Shown in pieces: positions 1 to 16,692 of a stretch of DNA of 64,000 bases. Each line of letters begins with the position of its first letter. Positions within the stretch are counted from its first letter, which is position 1. The stretch covers positions 3,348,001 to 3,412,000 of the forward strand of contig JBLDXI010000017.1 in assembly GCA_047495785.1 (NCBI GenBank). The letters run 5' to 3'. Position numbers and translations under genes: made by a program. The notes beneath the pieces are model-generated. The model was not told the origin of the DNA and made no database searches. It saw only the letters and a list, made by a program, of their open reading frames with translations. This stretch comes from Lepidodermella squamata (Eukaryota; Animalia; Gastrotricha).

Positions 1-127
1 CCGCGCGATCCCACCTGCCGCGCTGCCGAAGCTACACTCGCGATATCGCGCATCGATTCGCCACTAAATTTGTGCTCCTTTTTGTCTTACTGCCCTGTTG
101 GGACCGAGCAACAAACTGTCTACAAGG

Positions 128-2582
128 ATGCAGCATCAGAAGCAGCAGCAGCAGCCAACGACGGCGCCTGCTGCTAGGCCCAAGTCCCGAGTCAGCATTA
201 AAACAGGTTCGTTGCCGGCGGCAGATCGATTCGCCATAATTTTATTATTAAGTTCAATAATATACTATAGCGTATTACCGTAAATTACCGCGCGTCATTA
301 ATAGCGCGTGCTACTGTCGCATGAAAACGAAACGTTCATTTCCCGCCACGCGCACGATATAGTTAGTTCTCAGAATTATTAGTCGCGGAATATTGCGGGC
401 ATTGTTAGCTTTTGTACCCACGGGACTCGGTAATAAAATACTATTCGAAGCCACTTGGAGTTATTAGATGAAGGCGGAAGGCGTGAATTATCATCTGATA
501 GTTCTAGATTTTTTATTAGAATCCCCGCATAAAAGGGCATGCTATGATATTCGAATTTTCTCTCCCTATTCATAAATAATACTATCAAACGATATGTTGG
601 AGGGTATTAATTGATTAATTGCAATTTCAAAGTAGGCTTCGATGAAGTACATTAAAGCTGGTATTCAATAACTTAGAGCATGACATGATAATTGCGCTTT
701 ATTCGACTTAAAATAGTCTCATATCGGTAGTTTTAGAAGATGGAGGGAACATATACAGAGGCAACCGAAGATCTGAAGCTTTGAGACATTCAGTTAACAG
801 GCTTGTCCTGCTTTGAAGGAGAAGCTGTCGCTCGAATCTCCACGCAGTATTATATGTGATAGATTAAATATCCCATTTTATAGGGCCAAATAGATTAGGT
901 AGATTCGAATAATCTGAATCGCGTTTTTATGTTTTAGTTCTAGCAACGGTCAGCGCTTCGGAAATATCCACAACTGAACCCCGTCGGCTGATGCCATTCG
1001 TGAAAATGGAGCCACTCAATCACCAAAATGATGCCCTGAGAGTGTTGGAAAATCTCTACGAAAAGTCTCTGGCTGCCGATGTGGCTTTTCTGGTTGAGGA
1101 CGTTGAGATCCGCGCACACCGAGCCGTACTCGCAGCTCAAAGTCCCGTTTTCAATGAAATGTTACTTGGAAGCCACGCCGATCCCCTCTGTGCCATTGTC
1201 CCGATGCCAGGGAAGAAACTAGCACCATTCCGCCTATTCCTTCGCTATTTATACACGGGCCACTTCGAACTGCCCCAAACTGACCTAGACTCGGTGTTAG
1301 ACGTGGTGCTATTAGCCGCTGAGTACCAGGTATGAAAAAGAATTATCAATGAAACATAAGCGTAAATTGCGTAATATTTCTAGGTTGTGCGGCTTTCGAC
1401 ATCGTTAACGAACGGTCTTGTAAAAATTATAGGGGTCGATACCGTATTTCGCATCTACGAAGCAGCGTTACGCCTCGAGGCCCACGCTCTGCTCGGAATC
1501 TGTCGCGATTTTTTGTGCGACAACGCGAAGACAGTACTGAAAAGTGCTTACTTCTTCGATTTGAGCGAGCGAGCCGTTGTCGACATCATCTCACGCGATG
1601 CTTTCGCCGCGCCCGAAATAGATATTTTGATGGCCGTAGCTGGATGGTACGACAGGCACAAGCCGATAGACTTGCGGGATATGCTAAGCCACATTCGTTT
1701 CGAACTCGTTAACCTCGACGGTCTGACTATGGTGCAGGTTGCTCCGCTGTATGAGCTTCTTATTGCTCAGCAGGTCAGTGAAAAATAATCTATCATAAAA
1801 TATTACTTGTGCATTCGCTCGAAAGGTTGATCTGAGAAAAGTCGGCCACCAAGCTTTATCGAATCCGCAGATCGCTGCTGCATCACGACAGCGTTTTGTT
1901 ATTGAGGTTGAAAATATAGCGACTACAGCTCGAGGAGCAACTGTGCTAAGCGAGGGCGACCCGGTCAACCCTTTCGCCCTAATTTCTGGTGCTTATGTTA
2001 ATAACAACAATCCAGCTGACAGTCGCAATTGGTCAGTTCTGCTTACCTACTTCGATTATGTTTCCTTACGTTAATTTTATTTATTTATTTTTACAGTACT
2101 TACCACAGTGGTGTTGGAAGCTTCATTACGATTCGGCTCGGCAAAGCGTGCCGCGTTGCGTCAATGTTAATCGTGCTGAAGAGCAATAACTCTCTGGGAT
2201 TTACTGTCGATACAAGCTTAGATAACGTTGTTTGGGAGCGCCTTGCCGACTGTTCTACTGGCCAGCATCAGTTTGCTGGCCACATCTTGCTCATGTTCCC
2301 TGTTCGGCTTCTTCAGTACAGTGAGTAGTTGTCAGCAGTAGTATGATACGAATTTTCGTTACTCTTTCCAAAATAGTTCGATTGACAGGTCAGGCCGATT
2401 ACGACTGGTTTTTCGTGCAGCACTTCGAATGCCCAGCTTCTAACATCACTACCGAAGACAGAGAGCGATTCAAGAAATTGAGCCTCAATGGCGGCGCCGT
2501 GCTTTTCCTGAAAGATTCGCTTCGGGCCATCGCGTTACCGGCATATCCATCCCCTGTACCACCTCAGCCAAAAGCAGCCTAG
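128..2582 (+). CDS. BTB/POZ-BACK protein, BTBD9-like (multi-exon, divergent)
   Basis: Exon 128-206 (ACAG|gttcgt) splices in frame to 944-1329. Further exons start at 1384, 1826, ~2097 and ~2377. BTB motif DVAFLVEDVEIRAHRAVLAAQSPVF; BACK motif IISRDAFAAPEIDILMAV; C-terminal ENIAT...ITIRLG...DTSLDNVVW...VQHFEC resembles the BTBD9 discoidin-like domain. AATAAA at ~2732. Confidence 0.75.
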
Positions 2583-4465
2583 CGATTCTTCTGGCCCTGT
2601 TAATTCCGATATTTTTTCTTATTATTTATTCAGAAAGTGATTTCATATGTTTGTGACTCCTTCACCATGCCCCAAGCCCGCAAGGTGCATGACAAAGGAT
2701 AACACCGCCAGTTGTGCAAAATCCATTTGACAATAAAAACTGCCAGCACTGAATAACAGTTTTATACGATGAACGTTATCGTGGTGCGTCGTTTTATATG
2801 CTGTTCCAACACTTCGATGTGGTTTTATTCAAAGTCGCTTTGGTATATAAAAAAACTGAATTCGAAATTCCTGAGCGAAATCCGACCCAGCGTTGGAAAC
2901 AGGTCCGGGCGACCGTTCCCTGTCCGTTTCCGTTCCGGGTTCGGTATCGGTCTCAAAAGGCGTAGAACGAGAAAAGTTGAATTTTCAATTGAGTAGGCTG
3001 GGCTTAAAAAAAAGCGACGAAACCGAAGAATAACTAGATTTTCCTGTTGAGTTTTAAGCTGTTATAGAAACCTTATAAACACCATGCTGTATTCGACGAA
3101 TGGATGGTTTACTCGACAACTACTGCTTCAACAATTCGGTCAACCTTGTCATTATAAACTGTAAACAATCAATCTGCGTCGCTCTCAGCACTCAAGTTTT
3201 TCCTGTTTCGTTCAGGTCAAATAACGCTTCGGTCAACGCATGCACCTAATTCTTTCTGTAAAAAAAAAATGGTAAACAATTTAACGGCGCCGCGCGCAAG
3301 TTAATATTTCTGCGAGACGCGACAGGTGCGAGATTCCGCAGCGGTTTGCCTGGAATAAACAGGTCGTTATTGAGCGTCAACACAAAAATACGCACATCCA
3401 GGCAGTTTATTTTTATTTGTGTAAACTTTCTTTAAAACATAGTATCTCTCAATATGCACGTTGTGTGTGCGGCCCAGGTACTGTGTAGAATAATAGTAAG
3501 TAGTAATAATAACGACTTTCCGAGTTAAAAATATCATCCATAAACCGAAGGAAATGTTCGTCATCATAACTATTATATTATTAGCTTTTTCAATAATAAT
3601 TTCGCAGGAATATAATATTCAATTCATTAATATTATTAGTTTTAATACAGACAAATACAAATTCAGAAAGCTTGTGGCCATATGATCTTTAATGCAGACG
3701 AGACTCCTGAAACGGCATCAAAATTTGGCTCAGCAGACATTCAGACATCAAAAGGCAGATCTACATTTTGCACGAATCGTTGGACGATTATAAATAACAT
3801 GAAGCATGGATCGCTGACATTGGGGCCGACATAAAAGCCTACGGAGATTCCCGCTAGCGAAAAGAAGAGAAAACGATAACATTCGCAGGTGGTTTGATAT
3901 TATTGCAACTTCGAGTGGATACAAATAGTAAACCAATCGGGCATGACTCTTCGATTACACACGTTTCAATTTACAAGTCTTGGTGGCTATTCAGAAATGG
4001 ATGCCTCAAAGCCCAGCAAAATAAAATCAGTTGCTGATTTCGCACCACGAAAGCGCAAAAAATTGTTATGTGGAAAAAAATATTAATCTGGAGTAGACTA
4101 TAACCGTGTGCGCTCTCTTGCATTATTACGTGCAGAAAGCGGGAAGTAAAATCAACGGGCTCTTTCAATCTTTGGTTAAATATTATGATTTATATCAGAG
4201 CACATCCAGTTTGCGACACAGAAAAATAACGGGCGCCTGCTTTTAAAAAGACCGGCCCTAAAAACGATCAAAAACTTATCACCTGTTTGAAGCATTTATC
4301 AGGAGCATGCAAAGTTTCCGGTCGAAATTCATTAGCAGTTAATATGCAATAATTTCTAAATTAATCTATTCGATAAATTTTCCAAAAAAAGCAGATCTAC
4401 AGTTGGTCACTTAAACGAATAACTCGACAAATTACGTGGTTTCAGGTAGAAAATATCCGCAGATT

Positions 4466-6254
4466 TTATGCCCCGTTGTTAACAATGCCCCTCTTGCTGG
4501 GTGGAATAAGATGGCCAGGCAGCTCGTTCGGCAACTCGTGCCCACCAAGTTTCACCTTAATGAGATGGTTGGCCAGAGCCCATTCATCAGAATCGAGCAT
4601 TCCATCGCGGTCGAGGTCGGAGAGTTTCCAGATTTTGCCCAACACGGCGTTCGGTAAACGCGACCTGATCATCGACTGTTTAGCCGCAGCGCCGGTTATT
4701 TTTCCGTCAATTGGGTTCAGCTGTTGGAACGACTCGTCGTATTCACCGCGCTCACGGTCGACAATCCAGCCAGCCTCACCACGGCCAGCATCGACGCCCT
4801 CGAGAGCGCCAACGCCGAAAACGTCATTTCGAATTGCAACAAAAGCACCGGAGTTGGGTTCTAGATATGCATGCTATGTTATATGCCGATCTTTAAAAAA
4901 TTCAAACTTACGATTAACCGCGCTCTCTTGATGGCGAAACTGCTCCTCCTCCTTCGGAATTTGTGTCATTAGCTGCGCGATATCGCGGGCCAACATGTCA
5001 TCGACCGCTGCGATCAGTTTTGGCTTCAGAGCGCTGAATTTACTGAAATCCTGATTTGCCAGCGATTCACGCATGCGATTGATATCAGGCATATCGCCCA
5101 TAGGAACGCCGTGGTCGCGTGAGACTTTAGCGAATACTGCGTCGAGTTTAGCGATCAAGTCTTTTTTCGCTTTATCTTTCCCGAAAACTGAAGGCATCTG
5201 TTCCTTCAACTCAGCAATTATGTAGGCGTGGACTTTAGCCATTCGAGCGCGGCGAATCAAATCGTTCAGTTTGCGCAGAGCAGCGGAACGAGGCAACGAT
5301 TGCAAATCATGAAACAGGTCAGATTCCTCAAGTTCGAACAGCTTCCGGTTATCATCGTAGAGCCGTGGTTCGTCCCAAAAACTGCCAAGATAGACGCGGG
5401 TGACCTCAGGAGTAGCAAAAACTTTGCCAAGGGACCACATGAGAGCGCCATAGACGCGCATTAGCTGCTGAGCGTCAATCTATGAAAATTAAAATAAATC
5501 AATGCAATAACAAAAAAAATTATATAATGCTGCCCTACCCTGTCCGCTTTGTTCAAAACAATACGGATTTTGTCGTCGTAATTTCGCATTCTCTCGATAA
5601 CAACTCTGAACTCATCGCTGATGTCAAGCTTATGGGCGTCAAACAGCAGGCTGGAAAAAAACGAAGAAATAAAATGATTCTACCGAAAAATACCGTCTTT
5701 ATAACAAACATAATCCTGTCTACGCGCTCTGCAAACCATTCCAGAACAGTGGCGAAGTCGTAACCACGGTCCACACGCTGTTTCTCGCCTGACAATATAC
5801 CCGGTGTATCAATAAAGGTCAAATTACGCAAGACTTCATTCGGGACAACTGAGGCCTGGAGACGATTCAAGAAAGCCCCGCCAAATTTTTGAAGCGGCCG
5901 AAATTGTTTAGTAGGATCACTGACTAATGCATTTCCAGGCACAGTTGACTCAGTGTCTCCGTACATAACAGCAATAAAGCGATCCGTGGTAGGTTCGGGG
6001 CCAATTCGCATTCCAGGATAGTCCTTCTCCAGGAGATATCGTATAAATGTAGTTTTGCCTGTGGAATACTGGCCAACAAGGAGCAACATGGGTGACGCGT
6101 CGAAGTCAGCATCGTCCAGAAAAGGTGAGTGAAACGCTGGGAAGTCGTATTCCTCTTCCAACGGATATAGTTTCGTCCTATAAAGTCGTTTCAACCCTCC
6201 TATCACGGTGTCATATGACTCTATTGGCTTCGTCTTCTTCGTAAATGAAAACAT
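4466..6254 (-). CDS. EHD1: EH domain-containing protein (EHD1/3, RME-1/Past1 family)
   Basis: P-loop GQYSTGKT, IGPEPTTD, DTPGILSGEKQR, LLFDAHKLDISDEF, C-terminal EH domain (WKLSDLDRDGMLDSDEWALANHL). Four exons joined by short GT-AG introns. Confidence 0.95.
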
Positions 6255-8380
6255 CTTCACGGAAACCTATGGATAGAAGTGAGAAATCAACTTAAGAAAC
6301 AAATCTTAAGCAAATAGATATTTCTCAAAAATTAACTCTAAATTAACTCTAAAACGGCTGCCAAGACATTTATCAGAATCAACTTGAGATTAAAGTTGCG
6401 ATGAGTGCTGAGAATAAGAGTTGTACTATCGACTTTAGGAAAATCATTGGTTGACTAAATGACCTCACAAGAAGCGAGAAGTTTTGCCAGCAACAGTTAA
6501 GAGTTAGGGAAATGCAACAGCTCAAGCCTGAATTTTCAATCTCTGGAAGCTTTACTAGAGGATTTCATGGGCTATTCAACGCCGTAGGAATAACGTAACA
6601 GACGCAATAAGCAACAAGCCAGGAGTCCCGAATCTTTGGAAGTTGACACGTTATTAACTCCAGTTTCGACTAAGCATCCTAACTGTTTCTCAGAAGCCAC
6701 GCAGCATCCAAAATTTAGTATGTGGTTCTATCATCTCTATTAGGCAATAAAAGCATGAGACATTCGGCAAAAGATGGAAAAACTTCCAAGACACTTGACC
6801 AACTTTAGAAGGGCCAAAAACTTTAACTTTAACTAAGCATAAGCATTAAGCAGTGATGATGATTTACGACTCCGGCTTCTGATTCATTCGCCCTCGCTCG
6901 ATGGACAACCCTGCACTCACCTGATCGCTTTCCCCTAGAGCTCTCAGTGACCGCACATTCGCATATGTTTTATTTAATAATATTGTTAGCTCGGATGTAA
7001 TTATTTTGGCGACTATAACTTATTCATATGGAACTTTCAATTTTTATAACAGTCAAAAATAAAAAGTTTACGTTATCAAGCCTTTGAAAAAAAGTTGTCC
7101 AAAAACTACCGTCGCGATATGAGAATAGTACCTCACAAAAAACGTCCCAGGCCAGAGGTGCTGGCTGTTGGATCAGTGGGGTAGTGTAAGTGCATAGTCA
7201 CAAGCCGCTTGCTCTCCAGCATTCTCCTTCCTTAATTCCGTGGGGTGTCAGCACAGGGGATGCAGCCCTCAGCCCGTACAATTTTCAGGCGTGGCATAAT
7301 GCCAATATGCCACTGATCTGCGGTCTGTGGTTCGAGTTTTGCTCAGAAACCTAGTTTTAGGATGAAAGTATTAGGATTCAGCGTTCATGTGTGACCGCAC
7401 AACATATAACATACAATAAGGCACGCCACTGACCACTGATGGCGACATACAGTCGTACAAAATACTAACGAACTTCGTTGTATGTTGAATACGTTGTAAA
7501 TTAGTTTTTGAAAAGAGGCAACAGGGAACTACAGTCTGAACTAATACTATGGCATGTTACATCAATGCTAACTGTTCACGGTAATGATACGTTTTGCATC
7601 CAAGTGTGCTAGTTCCTAGTTCCTCGCACGCTTTAATGATGTCTCGCCTAATTCATCCCTAGTGAATGGTGAACTACAAAATCCTTTCCTGTCTTCTACT
7701 TGATCATTCTTAATCTTTCTTTCTTTGAAGCCTCCCACCTCCCACCTCACATATCACATATCCTGACATTTCCCAACTCATAAGAAAATTGCTGCGTCAC
7801 AGGGAGTATGCAGTTGATCACTTCGTTAGAGTTCTTGTCGCGAAAGCCTTCACTTATAGTAACATTTTTTCAGATGTGATATGGGATGCAAGCTTTTGAA
7901 ACATTTCAATGAATAGTGATCATAGTGATTCAATGATAGTGCCTACTTTTCGCGTTTTTACAGAGATTTTTTATGGTATTGGTAAGCTTCGTCAATAGTA
8001 CCGCCGAAAAATGTAATTGCAAGTAGCAGTAAGCATCCGGTAACTGTTCGCAATGCATTCGCAATTCAATATAGACAACATGACATTATCTTTATTCGTC
8101 AGGAAATATTCAATCTGTTGACTTCAAAATTTGAGTGACCTGTGTATACTGCATAACTTTTACCTCAGCAATTTCGATATCTTTTGATCTATTCTTTATT
8201 CTTGTTTATTAGTATTTATGAACTGAAAATTTTATTTATTGTTTAAATTTAAATTGCGTCGACTTGGAGCATGGATTTGACCAAAGCTCTCAAAATGTAA
8301 AGTCTTCAAGTTGTATTATTATTACTATATTTGACAATTTCATATACGCTAATAGAAGACGAATCGAAGAAATTGGAAAG

Positions 8381-11107
<2,727 letters not shown>

Positions 11108-12104
11108 TAGGCGACAAGCAACAAACGACGACGACGACAAATTGCAGGCGGCTCGACAACAACGCCGCCACACGATTCCATATTTTCGCATCCACACTTA
11201 AATACACAGACATACACACTTGTATATGTAATCGCTGTCAAAACGGTAGTAGAGCTAGCGGCATGAAAATAATAATAATTGTAATAAGCGGGAATAAGCC
11301 ATAGACACATCGCACGGTAAAAACACGGCTGAATAATTTATCGCGCGATTACGCGACACAAGTATTAGCAGCAGACAAATATTTTTTGTTTCAAATTGAT
11401 GATCTAAGTGTAGATAGCCGCGCGTTATCTCCATCTCGTTTTTCTGCGTCTCATACAGCGTTTGCTTTAACAAACCGCCGCTATTGGCGGCACCAGGGGG
11501 TGGGGCTGGTTTCGGTTTCAACTCTTCGTTCTTTCGCGAATCATCGAGTGTTGGTCTTCTACTAAGTACTAATCATCAGCGCGCCCTCTTTCCCCTTTGT
11601 GATTTACGGCTGAGGATAGTGGTAATTGAATCCTTTCGAGCTGAAAACCAAGATCGTTGTCGACAATCGAAGGAAGGCTCCCTCTCACTCGTTCGTAGCA
11701 ACTATTACTGGAATAATCTTTTCCTCGTGTTTGTTTGTTTGTCTGACTTACGAAGCGAGTGATCGCTTGGGCTCGGCATAATTAAACCAAATAATACCGA
11801 TATTACAGTTGCAATTCACTTGTATCTACTAGCTCTAGTCACGCAATTCACAGGTCCTGCTGCTCGCTTTGGGACTCGTTGCCGGAAAGTAGCGTCGTGT
11901 CATTCCTTCAAACTAATGCTCTATGATGTTGATCGTGCGTTTTCTTTGCTCGTCTTCTTCTACTTCTCATCCGAGGTTATTAAAAATAACATATCCGACT
12001 GATTATAGTGTGAAAACCGCTCTGCTGAAAACGTGATGTATAAAAAAAGGATATAACGGGGTCAACCAGAGTTGACACCTGTTGATGATGATTGATGTAA
12101 TCGA

Positions 12105-12450
12105 TTGTTGTTGATGATAATGACGATGATGATGATGATGCAAAATCCTCGACCAATACCGATATAAATGCGATATTCGCGTTGTTGTTTTCTTCTTCTT
12201 TCTTTCTTCCGCCGTGCGTAATAACACAACCGCCAAGGCTGTGGCAGTTGCTGTCGGCAGAGAGTGTAGCGCGCCACGATACCTTCTCCAATACCTTGAT
12301 GTTATTGTTTTATCAGCTAGTCAACCTGAGCTCGTATTATATGCTACTAGACTCGGAAAAGTGGTTGGGTTTGTTACCTGCAGACTTCCATCTTTGGTGA
12401 TTGATTTATTACTATTGCTATTACTACTACAACTACTACTATTACTTCAA
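12105..12450. repeat. Trinucleotide microsatellites (GAT)n and (CTA/TTA)n in the probable long KLC 3' UTR
   Basis: GAT run at ~12105-12140 and ACT/ATT run at ~12407-12450, read directly. First clear downstream AATAAA at ~13099. Confidence 0.7.
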
Positions 12451-15400
12451 GTACTATTTCTATTATATCGGTATCGTAATGATCGGTCGACGCCGTCGCC
12501 ACTTCTTCTCCCCGTGACCGTGTACTAAAACTTATTCGTCTCTGATCGCATGTCTTATAAGTGAGCTCTCTAGGTCTCTCTAGCCGTCGTCGTCGTCTTC
12601 ATCTCAGTTGCTGAGATGAGGTGGTGGCGGGATGAAAAAACAGCAAACAAGAGACGTGGTGTGTTCTTATTCTGCGTCCTCAGTTCAGTGGTGAAAACGT
12701 TTTTTATATTTGTGTAGAATCTGTACGTGCATTGATGATAAAGGTCATGATGTTATGATTATACCAGAGGAAACTACAACTATTTATTTCGCATACACAC
12801 TAGTTTTCTGTTCATTTTTTTCGTTCTTTTATCGGCGATAGACTCTGTGCTCTGCGGTATATATATTAAAAAAAAATCATTGTTCATATGATTATACTAA
12901 TCAATATTATTACACTGTCGTTCTTATTCTATATTATACGGAAAATGATGGCTAGTGCGCGTGACTTCTTGACATTTGATTGGCTGGCGGGTGCGCGACT
13001 TGCCGCGCGCACAGGTGTGTTCTCTCTTGTCTCTGTTGTTTTTCTCAAGCTATGCTGGCTGTATTCTTTTAATATTGCAAGAAAAGGAAGAAAAAGACAA
13101 TAAAACTGAAATGATAAATACATGCTGACCTTGTCGTTGTTGAAGTGAGTGACTATAATTGTGGGTCGACTCGGAAAAAGGTGGAACTTCACGCGAGCTT
13201 CTACCATCCAAATACCCATTGGAAAGCTAAATATAATCCAAAGTCGAAGCTTGAGGGTGTTATGAACTACTGAAGCATATTCGAGAGAATACGTGAAGAT
13301 CCGTGAAGATCGCTCGAAACCGATTGTATCTAGCGAGTAGAAAAATGATTGACGCGGTAGGAATAGATGCGCCACCGTGAGTTTTTTTCCGCTATAGGTT
13401 TTTTTTATTCAGCCCGGCATGCCCGAACGCAGGAAAGCTGGGCGCTGCCCGAGCATATTTCCTGCCCGCATCGTTCGACTATTTGTGTCGCACACAGAAA
13501 ATCTCTAAATTGCAGCGAACATCCCGGTTCTTTTTTTCTACCTAATAATGTATCTCCAAGTAATCCCGATCAGTCTTTGATTCCCGATCGCAGTCAGCCG
13601 ATTTCCACATTAGTGCAGTGTATAGCAAGATATGCCTATATCATATCTGCTCGCATGTTTATATGCGAAGGGACAGTGTTGGCGAGGTTTTACGAGGCTG
13701 TCTGTGAAGAAACTGGCGGATTCGAGGTACGCGGAGGTCCGGTGCAACTCGGAGGACGTGTACGTGTCCGGACGTCGCCCGGACATCAGTTCTGTAGTGA
13801 CTGCAGAGGCAACGTATCAGGTAGGTCGCGACATCGGCCCAAAAAGGCAAACCGTAGGCCGATGGCGTAGACGATGGCAAAATAGGTGAGCCGGAGAGAA
13901 TCCGAGGACAGCTGCGAGGATGAACCATTTGGCTCAAACTAGGCCGATAATTCATCGGTCAGCTTTATTGCTTAAATTTTAGCGAGCATTTCCCACTTGA
14001 AAATCGACTAAGTTACCCTATTAAATTCAGATGACTGAAGCTCTATGACAGAAGCTTTAGATTCCCTTAACCGATTTCGAAGTCCAAGGTGTCATTTGAA
14101 AGTTGCCATCGATAAAGGAATCTTGAAAACACCAATGTCGCAGGGACCCGAGAATTCCGAGAATTCTCGAGTCCTAAAAATCAATGGCTGGTCATTTTAC
14201 GTAATGTCAATTATTGTAAAACAAAGGCCACTTTTCGAACGTCGAAAAATGGAGGCTGTAGCATTGGGAAATATGCCAACTATGTTCCTGGAGAAAATCT
14301 TTTGCTAGATGTAAAATCGGCGACGAGGTGACTTTTCCGGCAAAGATATCCCCCGGTCAAGTTACCCCACACCACAACATATAACTTTGATTCACTTTAA
14401 TAACAGTAAACACTGATTGATCGTTTCTTCGTTCGTATATTCAAGTTATGTACTTTGAATCTTGAATCCTCATCGTCATATGAGCAGAGTAGGTTTTTAG
14501 CATCTACATGTATAACAGGTGCCATTTTTACAGGAAAAACGAAATGTGCAGCACAGGTAAAGCAGAGGTACATCAGTTTTACATCCATCCATCATTTGAT
14601 TCGGCCGATGTAATTAATAGGCGCACAAGCGAGAACGAGTGATTCTTTAAAAATGCTGTTTCCATCATCGCACGATCGCCACAAGCAATAAAAACATGCC
14701 AGAGAAGTGGCCCGACGGAAGTATTCAAATTTTTTGCGGCAGAAATTTTCTGTACTGCGTACAGTACTGCATAATGCACCCGAAAGGACATTTTTCCTCT
14801 AAACTAGGTGAGAAATTAAGAAAGTTAAGTTCTGATAAATTTTGAAGGTCATTTAGGGTAATGTCGAATGTTATCCGCATCTGGAGAGCCTAATGTGGGC
14901 ATGCAGTTTTAGCGTGTATTTTTCTCAATACAGCGTATCAGCGTAAGCAATAAAGCTGGAGCTCATCTCGACTCGTGCTCTTGATTCAAGGCGGCATCTG
15001 AAAAAATCGAAAGTGGACCTAATGCCGAGCAGCTTACAAATGGTCGACATAGAATTAGGTACCTAACTTCTCTTGGCGTGTGCCTCATATAGAAATAATT
15101 TTATTTATTTCGATGTATTACATTAGATCTGCAACGAATCGCCCAGGGCCGTAAAGTAAGTTCTCGATTTCAAAAAAATGAGACACAGGGTTCCTTTCGA
15201 GAATTGTTGATGAACTATAAATTAGGAACTTCTATAAGCCAGAGGTTCCACCTCCGACATGTTTCGGCTTTATTGGGCCATCCATGTGCTTCATTGGAGG
15301 CGGCGCCTGGCATATAGAAGTTCATAATCTTGAATGATTTCACTATTGATCAAAATTGAACTTTGATTTTTGATTTCTTTTTGACTCCGCAATGCGTTCA

Positions 15401-16692
15401 ATGTCACCGCGTAGGTAACTTAGCAGCGGCTAAGGCACGGTTTCCTTAACTGCAAGACTGCCCGGAAAAAGATGTTAGCGAATGAAATATTTATGTGACC
15501 AGGAGGCTTGTATAATGTTTCGCTGGAATATTCGATTCATAATGCAACACTTCAAGCAGCGCAAATAATATAGGTATAGCGATAATGAGCTAAATATCGA
15601 TATGATAAATTCATCACGCCATGCAGTGAGGCGACCTGTGAAACTAAATCGCGAATGCGCCTTTAAAAATTGCTAAGAAATGCTAAGAAAATTTTATCGC
15701 AATTGTCCAAGGCGGAAGTACCAGGGAAAGTAAATTTACTCAATATTTTTCTCTTGACCTTAAACGAAGTAGTTCCGCTTGAGGGCAAGCAGCAAGAAAA
15801 CAAACTCTCTTCGTTCATTTTGGTTATTTCCTAGTTCAATTATAAGTTCAGCCGTTCAACTCGTCAGCCGAATATGCATCCGCTTGATCCACATAACACG
15901 GTAACATACCCTATTTCAACTGTTGAAATGACCCCTGTAAACTTTCTCTCCAGATTTATCAGCTTCCAGGACCTTGGCGAGCAAATAAAAGCAAAGGAAC
16001 CTTCTACCTCCCTGACAATGGAAATGGAGTGATAAACCAAGGCTCGGCGTTTTACATGGCCCCAATGCCCCAGGTAATTACAGTTTCTCGTGCAGTTCGG
16101 ATCCGCCACTTCAATTTTTAATAGCAAGGAACGAAGCCAAGAGCAATTACTAGGTAAGAATTTCCATCTATTGGAATTCACTTGTTATTTGGGTATTGTA
16201 TTATGAACTGTTATAGCCAACGTTTATTTCGTCTTGCATCAATTGCTAACTTCTTTTGACCTAATTTTGCCGCTTGCAGTTATACATAAATGAGTTGTAC
16301 CTTATTACGTCATGTTTAGCGCCGTTCAACCGGGATCACATCACGCCTTTGCATTTCGTGAAGTGTTCCGATAATAATTGAATCTTTAAATACCTATTCG
16401 ACAACGCTAATTTCGACCTACCAATTCAAGCTGACCTAAATATCAACAGCATTGAGGCAAGAGGAAATCTCAAAAGGCTTAAATGATCGGCATCCAAAGA
16501 GACGAGCCTTAGTAACGACGCCGGTTTAGCAAAAAAACGCGCATTTTTTTATTTCATTGAATCGCAATGCCCGGTTATTGATAGGAATGTGAATAGGGAC
16601 CTTGCTTTCATTGAGCGCAAGTCAGAATTGTTAGTTTTTCGCCCCCATCGGCAATAAAAAATAATTACGACTTTGTACCGATCAAAGCCCAG

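Noticed and set aside
6854-6885. C-box/D-box pair (ATGATGA...CTGA) as a snoRNA
   Set aside because: Far too short and no terminal stem.
7174-7315. CAGTGGGGTA...TATGCCACTG inverted pair as a hAT MITE
   Set aside because: Short imperfect match and no 8-bp TSD; too weak to call.
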